33,422 bases of DNA, taken from the NCBI GenBank assembly GCA_050293845.1, contig JBNKNM010000044.1, positions 1 through 33,422 on the forward strand. Reading direction: 5' to 3'. Both the position numbers and the translations under genes were made by a program. Below are positions 1 through 9,152 of this stretch, piece by piece (position 1 is the first letter of the stretch; every line of letters starts with the position of its first letter). The notes below the pieces were generated by a model. It saw only the letters and a list, made by a program, of their open reading frames with translations. It ran no database searches and was not told where the DNA came from. The stretch is from Pseudobacteriovorax sp. (GTDB lineage Bacteria; Bdellovibrionota_B; Oligoflexia; Oligoflexales; Oligoflexaceae).

Positions 1-1
1 T

Positions 2-214
2 GACCCTGCTTCAGAAAGATTAATTCAGAGTGCTATCAATCGTATGATGAAGGGAAGAACAGTAATTATCATTGCTCACCGTCTCTCAACCATTCAGAGC
101 TGTGATAATATTATCTATCTTAGCTATGGAAAAATAATTGAACAGGGTTCCCATCAATCCCTTATACAAAAGGGAGGCAGCTATTATGAGCTTTACCATG
201 CCAAAAACGAATAA
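2..214 (+). CDS. ABC transporter ATP-binding domain, 3' end (MsbA-like exporter; truncated by window edge)
   Basis: Hand translation of frame 2 gives DPASERLIQSAINRMMKGRTVIIIAHRLSTIQSCDNIIYLSYGKIIEQGSHQSL...*. It has the H-switch IAHRLST and the EQGSH motif of ABC exporters. Stop TAA is at 212-214. Confidence 0.9.
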   Translation, partial: DPASERLIQSAINRMMKGRTVIIIAHRLSTIQSCDNIIYLSYGKIIEQGSHQSLIQKGGSYYELYHAKNE

Positions 215-220
215 AGAATC

Positions 221-239
221 CCCTTCCTTCTAGGAAGGG
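221..239. terminator. Short hairpin between convergent genes, possible terminator
   Basis: CCCTTCCT-TCT-AGGAAGGG forms an 8-bp stem between the ABC gene stop (214) and the prc stop (247). No strong U-tract. Confidence 0.45.
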
Positions 240-246
240 TCATTGA

Positions 247-2364
247 CTAGTGATTTTTTTTCGGTGGCTTTTTCTGATTAAGTCCTATGGAGTTAGCGCC
301 TGTCTTACTCTTGGTATTTTCCACAAGAATAGGAATACTAGGACTGCCTTTTAATTTACTGCCTTTTAGCATACTGACATAATCCGCTGTAACTTTTAGA
401 GCCTCTTGCAAGTAGATATCATCTTTTAAATCGCTAAGATCAGTGCTTGCTACTTCATCTTCTTTGTCATTACCCGAATCATCCTTACTACCTTTGTCAG
501 CAACCTTTTCCTTGTCATCTTTCTCATTATTATCTTCTTTTAAACTTACTTTGGAGCGATCCTTCTTATTCTTACGGTACTTTTCTATTTCATCATAGAC
601 CTTCTTAAATTCTGAATCTTTTGAAATGCGGCTTGAGCTTCGCGCTCTAAGATCAGCTAAGTAAGGTTTAGTAAGATTAAACTTGCTAAAGCGAGATGAT
701 TTTATTTTTTCAAAGGGGAGCGCATAGTCATAATGCTTCTCACCTATTTCGAACTCATCGACCAAACTAGGTAATACAACATCTGAAGCAACACCTTGAA
801 GTTGGGTGCTAGCACCCGCAGCCCGGTAGAATTGATTTACAGTCACCTTGATAGCTCCCAATTTTGGGGCTAGATCGTTTAGATTTTGCACAGTTCCCTT
901 GCCAAAAGTATGTAGGTCTCCGACAATAAGCCCTCTTTCATAATCCTGTATGGCACCAGCGAAAATTTCGCTTGCCGACGCTGAATGACGGTTGATCATG
1001 ACTACAACAGGCCCATCGTAGTAGGTCTTATCATCTCTGTCGTAGAAAGTTTCCACATCCCCTTTATCCGTTTTAATCTGGACTACCGGTCCCTCATCAA
1101 AGAAAAGACCCGCCATATTAATTGACTCCTCAAGGCTTCCTCCCCCATTACTACGGAGATCAACAATAAGGCCATCTATCTTTTGCTTCTTAAGAAGCTT
1201 GATTTGTTCTTTTGTATCATTAGATGAGGATCGATAGTTTTTTAGCCGTTTTTGCCTTCCTTCAAAATCAATGTAGAACGAAGGCAAAGTTAACACCCCA
1301 ATCTTTAAATTTTTGCTGTCGGGACCAACAACATCAATAATTTTCGACGAAGCCTGTTGTTCTACAAGTTGAATTTTTTCCCTTATGATAGGAATCACCA
1401 TCTTCTTGTTTTGCTTAGAATCTTCTCGCATCACCGTAAGTTTGACTACGGTACCCCGTGCTCCACGAATTTTTTTAACTACTTCTTGCAAGTCCATATC
1501 GATTACATCAACGGGCTCGCCATCAGCTTGTGCTACAGCGATGATTTTATCATTGACCTTGAGTTGCCCCCCTTTAGCAGCAGCTCCCCCTTTCACCAAG
1601 CTGACGACAATAGTAAACCCATCCTCTGACCGAAGACTGGCACCGATTCCTTCCAATGATAGCCGTGTCCGGATACGAAAGTCTTCTAAATCCTCTGCGG
1701 GCATATAGCTAGAATGTGGATCAAGAGAAGTGGAGAAGGCGTTCAAAAAGACGCCAAACACCCGATCCTTGGTCAAATCGTTATGGCGTTTCATGGCCAG
1801 CTCATAGCGTTTATGTAACTTGCTTTTTGCTTTTTCAATATCATCAAGGCTAGATTTGAGATTCAAAAGCTGGAACTTTACTCTTTTACGCCATCTTTCA
1901 TTGACTTCATCAGCTGTTGTAGCATAGTCGATAGATTTCATGTCAACATTCATATATTCATCGATTGAAAAGTCAAACTTTTGTTTCAGGAGTTTTTCAA
2001 CATACTTTTGCTTTTCAGAAAATCTTTTAGAATACCGATTCATAACAAAGTCAATGGCTGAACAATCTAAGTTCCCATAGATCATATTATCCAACTTGCT
2101 TGCAAACTTGGTTTTAAACTCATCGACATCAGACTTAAAAAAGTATAATTTCCATGGATCCCATGCTTTAATAAATGTGTCTAAAGTTCGCTCACTAATC
2201 TGGTCATTGAAGGTATCGTAAGAAAAGTGCATTTTGAAATAGAGCAGGGTCAATTGACGAACTTCTGAGCAGGATAAAGCCTTTGCTCTTCCTGGCTGCA
2301 CCAACAAGATGCCAATAATTCCAAGCCCCAATATTATCTTTAAAACTCTAAATTTTTTCGCCAT
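247..2364 (-). CDS. prc: Carboxy-terminal processing (tail-specific) protease, S41A family
   Basis: Signal peptide, DPHSSY, PDZ domain (LEGIGASL), DLRSNGGGSL, catalytic SASASEIFAGAIQDY and TFGKGTVQ. Spacing from SD GGAGG (2370-2374) favours ATG 2364 over 2367. Confidence 0.93.
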   Translation of the reverse strand: MAKKFRVLKIILGLGIIGILLVQPGRAKALSCSEVRQLTLLYFKMHFSYDTFNDQISERTLDTFIKAWDPWKLYFFKSDVDEFKTKFASKLDNMIYGNLDCSAIDFVMNRYSKRFSEKQKYVEKLLKQKFDFSIDEYMNVDMKSIDYATTADEVNERWRKRVKFQLLNLKSSLDDIEKAKSKLHKRYELAMKRHNDLTKDRVFGVFLNAFSTSLDPHSSYMPAEDLEDFRIRTRLSLEGIGASLRSEDGFTIVVSLVKGGAAAKGGQLKVNDKIIAVAQADGEPVDVIDMDLQEVVKKIRGARGTVVKLTVMREDSKQNKKMVIPIIREKIQLVEQQASSKIIDVVGPDSKNLKIGVLTLPSFYIDFEGRQKRLKNYRSSSNDTKEQIKLLKKQKIDGLIVDLRSNGGGSLEESINMAGLFFDEGPVVQIKTDKGDVETFYDRDDKTYYDGPVVVMINRHSASASEIFAGAIQDYERGLIVGDLHTFGKGTVQNLNDLAPKLGAIKVTVNQFYRAAGASTQLQGVASDVVLPSLVDEFEIGEKHYDYALPFEKIKSSRFSKFNLTKPYLADLRARSSSRISKDSEFKKVYDEIEKYRKNKKDRSKVSLKEDNNEKDDKEKVADKGSKDDSGNDKEDEVASTDLSDLKDDIYLQEALKVTADYVSMLKGSKLKGSPSIPILVENTKSKTGANSIGLNQKKPPKKNH

Positions 2365-2594
2365 CATTACCTCCAGTCCTCGCCAGAATATCTATTCTTT
2401 ATATTATCGGCTATTTTTATGATTTCTCACAGTGTTACAAATAGCATACTTTGCTATTAAATATGCTATCGGATATTTCAGCTTTATTTCTCATAGCTTA
2501 TCAGAAATAAACTATTCATTAAGTAAGAATATCACGAAAAATAGTAGAATTATATGAGTGTTTCTCAAGGAAAAAGAGGGTACAACCCCTGCCC

Positions 2595-3395
2595 TCACTT
2601 GAAAATAGCAGCAGGGATGCTGGATAGGTAGGTATGGGGAGCCATAGACTTAAAGTCTTCATGACCAAGCTCGTCACTTTCATCGCCAAAGAAAAGAATA
2701 TCTTCAGCTTGGTCGTAGAGCTTTTTAGCCATAGCTTTACGCCGCATTGAAATGGCTCCCAGCACCAGAGCTAAGAGAAGGCCAAAACCGAGGTAGCCAA
2801 GAAAAATACTAAAGCGATTCGGAGCCTTACCTTCTATTTTCAAGGACATAAGGCTGTTCCAAGCCGCTGTGAAGGCTTCCTTATTTTGCTCAAATCGCTG
2901 CGAAAGATCGCTATAGGTCATTAAAACAGACTGTCGCGAGCCGGAAACAAAAACATGCAATTGGGTGACTTCAAGACTATTAACAGTCAAAAAGCTATAA
3001 ATCACAATCCCCCTACTTAATCCCCTGTAATCAAAGAACTCATACTCGTTGCCAAGCCTGAAGTCTTTACCGTAACCGACAAACGCTGTAGTAAGCTCGC
3101 GGCGCAGCTTAGCAACCGTGAACTCATCCATGGGTCGGGCTTCATGGGACACAGCAAGGCTTATGGTCCGCTTAAATGGGGAAGAATGGGGGATGCTTTC
3201 ATTAGGGGATTCTTCGAATACTAGGGTCTTGCCCCGATAATTCGAAAATACACTCCAACCTGCCGGTGGAATTATGGAGATCCCCCCCCCTGACACAGTC
3301 ACGTAGTTTTCTGCTAACAAGCTTTCAGGACTAGCCAGGGCATTTTTTTCCCAACAGCCAAACCAAAGCATTGATATTACAAGAAAAACAATCAT
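2595..3395 (-). CDS. Hypothetical exported protein with C-terminal TM anchor (possible PsbP/DcrB-like domain)
   Basis: 266-aa ORF with SD GGAGG, an N-terminal hydrophobic signal, the motif ISIIPPAGWSV, and a TM helix (IFLGYLGFGLLLALVLGAI) followed by basic residues. Confidence 0.7.
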   Translation of the reverse strand: MIVFLVISMLWFGCWEKNALASPESLLAENYVTVSGGGISIIPPAGWSVFSNYRGKTLVFEESPNESIPHSSPFKRTISLAVSHEARPMDEFTVAKLRRELTTAFVGYGKDFRLGNEYEFFDYRGLSRGIVIYSFLTVNSLEVTQLHVFVSGSRQSVLMTYSDLSQRFEQNKEAFTAAWNSLMSLKIEGKAPNRFSIFLGYLGFGLLLALVLGAISMRRKAMAKKLYDQAEDILFFGDESDELGHEDFKSMAPHTYLSSIPAAIFK

Positions 3396-3483
3396 AGCCC
3401 TCCCCCTACAATTTCCTTAGGGGTTATAGCACATATTTTAAATATGTCAATATGGCTAAAGAAAGACCATTCTTAATAGCGCC

Positions 3484-4923
3484 TTATGATCCTGTTGCAA
3501 TAGCTGCCATACCAAATAGGGATTTCAGGTCTTGATCGGTAAACTTAAGCCCTGCCCCCACGAAATAATTTAGGTCACTGTCTACTTTTCCTGTCTGCGG
3601 ATCAATACGGGTGGGGTCATCCACCCCTATCATGGTGTATATATGATTGAAAAATAATATAGATACATAGGCTTTGATATGAGCCGTTTTTCTCACTTCA
3701 CTATCCTGGTCGGCAAAATCGTAGAGCTCTAAAGACACACGCAGCTTGTCTTTCCTTAAAAAGAGATCACCAGCAAAACCTCCAGCAGACTCAAAAAGCC
3801 CTAACCTAGCTCCCAATGGCCCCCAACGTTTGCCAATCTGAAGGTTAAAACGCAAAGCTTTTTTTTCTAGGATGGATTCTTGTATTCGTGTTTCCCCATC
3901 GCTATTATCGCCATCTACAGTAGTAGTCGTTGTGTCTAAAGTTCTTTCGGTAAAATCTGTAAATCCCAGAAGATAATAGGAATCGGGACGGGTGCGGAAC
4001 ACTATATTAAAATAGGTCTGTGAACTTTTGTCTGCTCGCATATAGGTATGGGTATCAACTTCCACATCGAGTTTGGTTACGGGAGCCAGGACCTTCCTTA
4101 AATCTTTCAAAGCCCCTTCAACCTCCTGCAAAGTTTCATCGTCATTAATCAATCTCCCTAGGGTCCCTTCACCACTCTCAACTTTTTGAGAGATTAAGTT
4201 AATATTTTTAGTGGCCCCGCGGACATCCTCCATAGAAGTATCAAAATTAGCGAGAATACGATCTATCTTCTCTTTGTTTTCACTGCTCATGACTTCAGTC
4301 ATTGTATTGGAAAATTCACGCATATTCTGCACCAACAACCTAACGTCCTCGCGATTCTCCTCCAGTATTCCGCGTGCATCATGGGTAAATTGCTCAATGT
4401 TGTCAACGATGGTGGCCATGGTAGCCTGGCCCTGTTGATCACCAAGAACCGCAGAAAGGTTCGTCGTCACTTTTTTAATGTCTTCAGCAATAGAGCCGAT
4501 CAATGAAATTACTTCTTGAATATCTGAAGCATCTGGTGCTTGGGGGATAAAACCATCTTCTTCGACCTGGTTATCAACATTACTGGGCCGCTTTATTTCG
4601 ATAAACTTATCACCTAAAAAACCTACGGTCCGGACGATGATTTTCGATCCACGAGGTATGAATACCTCCTCATCAACATCAATTTCCACTCGCGTGGCAT
4701 CGCGATTAAGAGTAACTCTAGAAACCCTGCCTATGGTCACACCATTGGTTTTTACATGGGTTTTCTCAAGAATCCCGGAAGCATCCCCCAATATCGTATA
4801 AAAACTCTTCATTTTTTTTGAATCGAATAGGTCGGGGCTCAATACAAAAATCGCAAGAATTGTTGCTGCTATTCCTGTAAGGGTAAATAAACCTACTTTA
4901 TATTCTATAGCTCTGTCGCCCAT
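3484..4923 (-). CDS. mlaD: MCE/MlaD protein, long form with helical linker and probable C-terminal beta-barrel
   Basis: N-terminal TM (KVGLFTLTGI...), MCE motifs ASGI..KTHVKTNGVTIGRV and GFLGDKFIEI, helical region with GEGTLGRLIND, and amphipathic beta-strands at the C-terminus. Lies downstream of mlaE-mlaF. Confidence 0.9.
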   Translation of the reverse strand: MGDRAIEYKVGLFTLTGIAATILAIFVLSPDLFDSKKMKSFYTILGDASGILEKTHVKTNGVTIGRVSRVTLNRDATRVEIDVDEEVFIPRGSKIIVRTVGFLGDKFIEIKRPSNVDNQVEEDGFIPQAPDASDIQEVISLIGSIAEDIKKVTTNLSAVLGDQQGQATMATIVDNIEQFTHDARGILEENREDVRLLVQNMREFSNTMTEVMSSENKEKIDRILANFDTSMEDVRGATKNINLISQKVESGEGTLGRLINDDETLQEVEGALKDLRKVLAPVTKLDVEVDTHTYMRADKSSQTYFNIVFRTRPDSYYLLGFTDFTERTLDTTTTTVDGDNSDGETRIQESILEKKALRFNLQIGKRWGPLGARLGLFESAGGFAGDLFLRKDKLRVSLELYDFADQDSEVRKTAHIKAYVSILFFNHIYTMIGVDDPTRIDPQTGKVDSDLNYFVGAGLKFTDQDLKSLFGMAAIATGS

Positions 4924-4994
4924 TTACTCAAAGGCTCCTCGTCGCAAAGATAGGTGCATAAGTTTTCGTCCTCGATTGTTCCGAACTTGATAGG

Positions 4995-5097
4995 TCATCC
5001 TTGCCTAAACACTAAAAACTTGGCTACTCAGCATCTCTTAGTAATCATCCTTGCCTAAACACTAAAAACTTGGCTACTCAGCATCTCTTAGTAATCA
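4995..5097. repeat. Perfect 50-bp tandem duplication in the mlaF-mlaD spacer
   Basis: The unit TCATCCTTGCCTAAACACTAAAAACTTGGCTACTCAGCATCTCTTAGTAA is identical at 4995-5044 and 5045-5094, followed by TCA. Confidence 0.97.
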
Positions 5098-5144
5098 AGG
5101 TTTCCCCGAGTTTTCTAGCTTTTTTAAAAAACCAACACCAAAAC

Positions 5145-5894
5145 CTACATGAATTCCATAGGTCCTTCAACCCTACCTGCAAAAAACTGGCGTATTATGG
5201 GGTCCTTTGAGTCACGAAAAACTTGTGGTTCCCCGGCTAACTGCACTTTTCCTTTGTACAACATGATGACATTTTCTGCGGTATCTAAAGCGGCTTTAAG
5301 ATCGTGGGAAATGACAACAGAAGTTAGCTCTTTATTATCGTGACTCACTTTTATAATTAATGAGTCGATCATTTCTGATACCAAAGGGTCCATACCTGTT
5401 GTAGGTTCATCGTATAGGATGATTTTGGGCCAGGGTGCTAAAGCCCTCGCCAAACCCACTCGTTTTTTTTCACCTGTTGAAAGTTCACCGGGGAATTTAC
5501 TTGCAATATCAGGAAGGCCTATCTGCTCTAAAACCTCTTGAACACGGTCCTTAATCTGTTGTTCCCGCAAAGTCCTTCTTTCACGTAGAGGAAAAGCAAC
5601 ATTTTCATAAACGGACAGGCTATCGAACAGAGCCGCATGTTGAAATAACATTCCGATTTTTTTTCGCAATTCCATGATCTTATCTTTGCTATACTGAGTA
5701 ATATCATTACCTTCAACATAAACTCTGCCAGAGCTTGGCTGCAACAACCCCATAATATGCTTGATGGTGACTGACTTTCCCTCCCCTGACTTACCGATGA
5801 TAACTGTGATTTTCCCCTTAGGAATGTCAAGAGAAAGACCGTCCAAGACGCGAAAATTTCCAAATATTTTTACTACGTTATCAAATTTAATCAT
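5145..5894 (-). CDS. mlaF: MlaF/Ttg2A ABC transporter ATP-binding protein
   Basis: Walker A GKSGEGKS, Q-loop GMLFQHAALFDSL typical of MlaF, signature variant LSTGEKKRV, Walker B ILYDEPTTGMDP, H-loop ISHD. Confidence 0.92.
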   Translation of the reverse strand: MIKFDNVVKIFGNFRVLDGLSLDIPKGKITVIIGKSGEGKSVTIKHIMGLLQPSSGRVYVEGNDITQYSKDKIMELRKKIGMLFQHAALFDSLSVYENVAFPLRERRTLREQQIKDRVQEVLEQIGLPDIASKFPGELSTGEKKRVGLARALAPWPKIILYDEPTTGMDPLVSEMIDSLIIKVSHDNKELTSVVISHDLKAALDTAENVIMLYKGKVQLAGEPQVFRDSKDPIIRQFFAGRVEGPMEFM

Positions 5895-5896
5895 GG

Positions 5897-6628
5897 TTAT
5901 ATCGCAATTTGTACATAGGTAATCATAAAGTCCACTAGAAGGAGAACAAGTAGAATGGTTACTACAGCAGAGGTGGTCGCCTGCCCTACACCTTTAGCTC
6001 CTCCTGAAGCTTCTAATCCAAATTTGGAAGACAGCAGGGTGATAATGCCTCCGAAGACAAAAGCCTTTTGCAACCCACTCCAGATATCGTCGATACCAAC
6101 AACATTGATCATTTTTTCAAAAAAAGCCCCTTGGTCGATATTAAAAATAAATATTCCTACCAAAACAGAGGCGATCTGCCCAATAAGATTAAAGATTCCC
6201 ACTAAGATCGGTAACATGATGATCCCAGCAATGACCCTTGGCACCACAAGGTAGTTGATAGGTTCCACAGCCATGGCTTCCATAGCATCAATCTGCTCGT
6301 TCACCTTCATAGAAGCCAGTTCAGCAGTTATGGCAGCACCGGCACGACCGGCCAAAAGAAACCCCGTAATCAATGGACTTAATTCACGGGACAAGGCTTT
6401 GCCATTGGCCGCACCCAACATCCCTTCAGCACCGAAAATCACAAATATGGTTCCTACCTGCAAGCTTACGGCTGCACCAATAAAGAACCCACAAATCAAT
6501 ACAATGGACAATGATTGATTGCCGATGAATTCCATTTGCTGAATGATGAGTCGTGCACGAAAAGGTGGTCGCACAGACTGCTGAAGGACTTGCATCAAAA
6601 AAGTGAAGGCTTTATGAACACTAGCCAC
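5897..6628 (-). CDS. mlaE: MlaE/Ttg2B ABC transporter permease
   Basis: RELSPLITGFLLAGRAGAAITAELASMKVNEQIDAMEAMAVEPINYLVVPR and GAKGVGQATTSAVV are MlaE motifs. The true start may be about 15 codons upstream (see findings). Confidence 0.93.
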   Translation of the reverse strand: MASVHKAFTFLMQVLQQSVRPPFRARLIIQQMEFIGNQSLSIVLICGFFIGAAVSLQVGTIFVIFGAEGMLGAANGKALSRELSPLITGFLLAGRAGAAITAELASMKVNEQIDAMEAMAVEPINYLVVPRVIAGIIMLPILVGIFNLIGQIASVLVGIFIFNIDQGAFFEKMINVVGIDDIWSGLQKAFVFGGIITLLSSKFGLEASGGAKGVGQATTSAVVTILLVLLLVDFMITYVQIAI

Positions 6629-6732
6629 CCTTCTTATGACGAATCCACCAATGAAAGAGACAAAACCTTCGATATCGGACTTCCCTTATATAACAAACTA
6701 TTCCTATCAGTTAAGTCTTCTGCTACAACTTT

Positions 6733-7875
6733 TCAGGCCCCTTTCCAATCAGTCCTAGTCAAAGCTAAATTTGTGGCAAAATCGACAAGTATATCCAATG
6801 AGTGAATCAGCTTATCTTGTTCCTCAACTCTAATGATAGGAATACTACCAATGTTACTTTCATCTACTAGCTGTTTTGTCCTCTCAATCATCTCCTGAGA
6901 ACTGTCCTTTTTACGCTTGAGAATCGAAAACCCTGATGAAAATATGGAATCGGGAGCAACCTTCATCAAACAACGATCTATACTTGCAGACAAGTCCTGA
7001 GGTATACAACGATTGATGTAAAGCCCCCCTAAAGGATAATCTTTCTCTTTCAGTTCCTTTAATAGTAACTGCACAGAACGCACGGCAGCGGGGTGGGGTG
7101 CTGTTACTAGTATAAAGTTAGTATTCTCCTGCTTCAACAACTGGCTCACCTCGGAACCAATTTTATTAAAGCCCTTGATCACGTCTTCCATTAAAATAAG
7201 AAATTCCGCCAGCATCTGCAACATTTTGACACCAGTCACAGATGCAATTCCAGACATCATCCGCCCCCCAGCTCTAAAAAGCTTACCAGCTCCTAATTTT
7301 TGGGCAAAATGAAACGGTTTAATGAGCCAGGTCATAACCCCTCGCTCCATAAAGCCAGACAATGCATTAGGCCGATCTAAGAAGTCTAGAGCATGGCTAT
7401 CGGGAGGTGTGTCCAGAACTATCAGGTCAAAGGTGCTGTCTTCCGCCATGGACTGTAGTTTTGCCAGGGCCATATACTCCAAAGGTCCCCCTAGATTCTG
7501 TGACACGGCCTGATAAATAGAGTTGGCATATATTTTCTCTTTCACATTAGCACTGTCTGTCCACTTTTCGACCATTTCATCAAAAACGGCTTTTTGGTCA
7601 AGCATCGCTCCAAAAACCTGTCCCGGCATCGCAAGCTCAGAGCTAAATTTGACCTCAGTCAGTTGATTCCCCAGGCTAATACCCATAGCTTCGGCAAGCC
7701 GCTTAGCAGGATCGATACTGAGCAGCCCCACCTTTTTCCCCAGCATCGCTCCAATAACCGCCAAAGCTACTGAAGTCGTCGTCTTACCGACTCCCCCCGA
7801 TCCCAGGGTGACGATAATACGACTTTGCTTTACCAAGTCTATGGTCTTAGAATCGATTCCTTGCAATCGTCTCAA
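6733..7875 (-). CDS. ArsA/Get3-family ATPase, second subunit (Rv3680/BagB-like)
   Basis: P-loop GSGGVGKTT, switch I SIDPAKRLA, switch II LDTPPDSHALDFLD. The TTG start overlaps the upstream stop (TTGA). Confidence 0.85.
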   Translation of the reverse strand: MRRLQGIDSKTIDLVKQSRIIVTLGSGGVGKTTTSVALAVIGAMLGKKVGLLSIDPAKRLAEAMGISLGNQLTEVKFSSELAMPGQVFGAMLDQKAVFDEMVEKWTDSANVKEKIYANSIYQAVSQNLGGPLEYMALAKLQSMAEDSTFDLIVLDTPPDSHALDFLDRPNALSGFMERGVMTWLIKPFHFAQKLGAGKLFRAGGRMMSGIASVTGVKMLQMLAEFLILMEDVIKGFNKIGSEVSQLLKQENTNFILVTAPHPAAVRSVQLLLKELKEKDYPLGGLYINRCIPQDLSASIDRCLMKVAPDSIFSSGFSILKRKKDSSQEMIERTKQLVDESNIGSIPIIRVEEQDKLIHSLDILVDFATNLALTRTDWKGA

Positions 7876-8807
7876 TATTTCAATCCTTTAGCTTGAGCAA
7901 ACCAGGTCTGCACTGCAGCTTCCGTGAGAGGTTCCGCAATAGCGCCGAGGTCGGGTAGGGTTTGTAAACGAGGGACTTTTTCCAGGTCGTGGTATACTGC
8001 GCTAAGTCCTGCGATCAATTTATCGAGATTTGCCGTTTCCCGCACCGCTCGCTGCTGCAGATATTGGTAGGCAATTTCTTCATGCAGTTCTTCTCCTGCT
8101 TCCTGCTGCCATTCATTGGCGTTCAAGTAAAGGCAGCGATTCACCCAGTATTGCATGGGCAAATCATCTAGTTCAGTACGAAAGCGCTGCGCAAAGTCAA
8201 CGGCTTCTGAGACAATAAGCTCCTCTGGCATAGTAACCAGAATGATCGCCACCTGGCTACTTGTAAATAGAAAGTCGCGCACCTTTTGGGTTTCATTGAT
8301 CACGGGACCTATCATTCCTGAATTTAACACCGCATCGGGAGTTTTTAGCAAGCTCAGAAAATGCCCTGACGCAAAGCCATCTAACACAACGAGATCAAAC
8401 TGATGCTCAGACTCTAGCTCACAAAAGTAGTATAGCCTTCCCAGAAGGGTTAGTTCGGCGATTCCGGGTAGCATTTTGATAAAGCTTTGCACAATAGGTT
8501 TGGTGAAGACCTTCTCGAACAATCTGGCGAAACCCAGATGAGTCACAACAAAGTCGCGAAAATTATCCTGAGGATTAAGGTTGATAGCAAAAATACGGGG
8601 AGCCAGTTCGGTGAGCTTATGACCTATATCGGGATGTCCAAATTGAGGGGCAATCTGATCCCTACTATTGGATTCTACCACACAAACTTTTCTACCATGA
8701 GCAGCAGCAAATAGGGCGATAGAGGCTGCCGTCGTTGATTTTCCAATTCCACCCTTGCCTGTGACCATGACAAGCTTTCTGCTCAACACCTGATCTAACA
8801 ACGCCAC
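7872..8807 (-). CDS. ArsA/Get3-family ATPase, first subunit (Rv3679/BagA-like)
   Basis: Deviant Walker A GKGGIGKST, LPGIAEL motif and degenerate switch II LDGFASGH. GTG start with SD GGAGG. Confidence 0.85.
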   Translation of the reverse strand: MALLDQVLSRKLVMVTGKGGIGKSTTAASIALFAAAHGRKVCVVESNSRDQIAPQFGHPDIGHKLTELAPRIFAINLNPQDNFRDFVVTHLGFARLFEKVFTKPIVQSFIKMLPGIAELTLLGRLYYFCELESEHQFDLVVLDGFASGHFLSLLKTPDAVLNSGMIGPVINETQKVRDFLFTSSQVAIILVTMPEELIVSEAVDFAQRFRTELDDLPMQYWVNRCLYLNANEWQQEAGEELHEEIAYQYLQQRAVRETANLDKLIAGLSAVYHDLEKVPRLQTLPDLGAIAEPLTEAAVQTWFAQAKGLKY

Positions 8808-8879
8808 TTCGCCTCCATGGTAAGGGTTGCGAATTACCGATACACTCCCGCTCCCTTACTATGCCCAAGAACAGCACTT

Positions 8880-9074
8880 TTAGCTATCTTTTGCAGAGTT
8901 TTCCTTCTTAGATTCGTCTTCAGGTAACTGTGGATTCTCTTCCTTAACACCTTTTTTAAAATTTCTGATGCTCTCCCCGATGGCGCCTCCGAGCTTAGGA
9001 AGCTTGGTCGCGCCAAAAAGTAAGACTATAACCCCAGCAATGATCAGCAGTTCCATACCACCTGGTATGCCCAT
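8880..9074 (-). CDS. tatA: Twin-arginine translocase subunit TatA/E
   Basis: MGIPGGMELLIIAGVIVLLFGATKLPKLGGAIGESIRNFKKG shows the TM helix, FG hinge, amphipathic helix and FKK. SD AAGGAG. Confidence 0.95.
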   Translation of the reverse strand: MGIPGGMELLIIAGVIVLLFGATKLPKLGGAIGESIRNFKKGVKEENPQLPEDESKKENSAKDS

Positions 9075-9152
9075 ATCGATTACTCCTTCCTAATGTTTCT
9101 CAAGTAGATTTCCTACTAATATTATTTTAACAGGCTTTGCAAGAAAACACTC

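Noticed and set aside
4995..5097. CRISPR array
   Set aside because: Two abutting identical units with no spacer, and no cas genes in the window.
6733..8807. Arsenic resistance operon
   Set aside because: Single-domain ATPases without arsB/acr3/arsC/arsD/arsR; the motifs fit the Get3-like paired clade.
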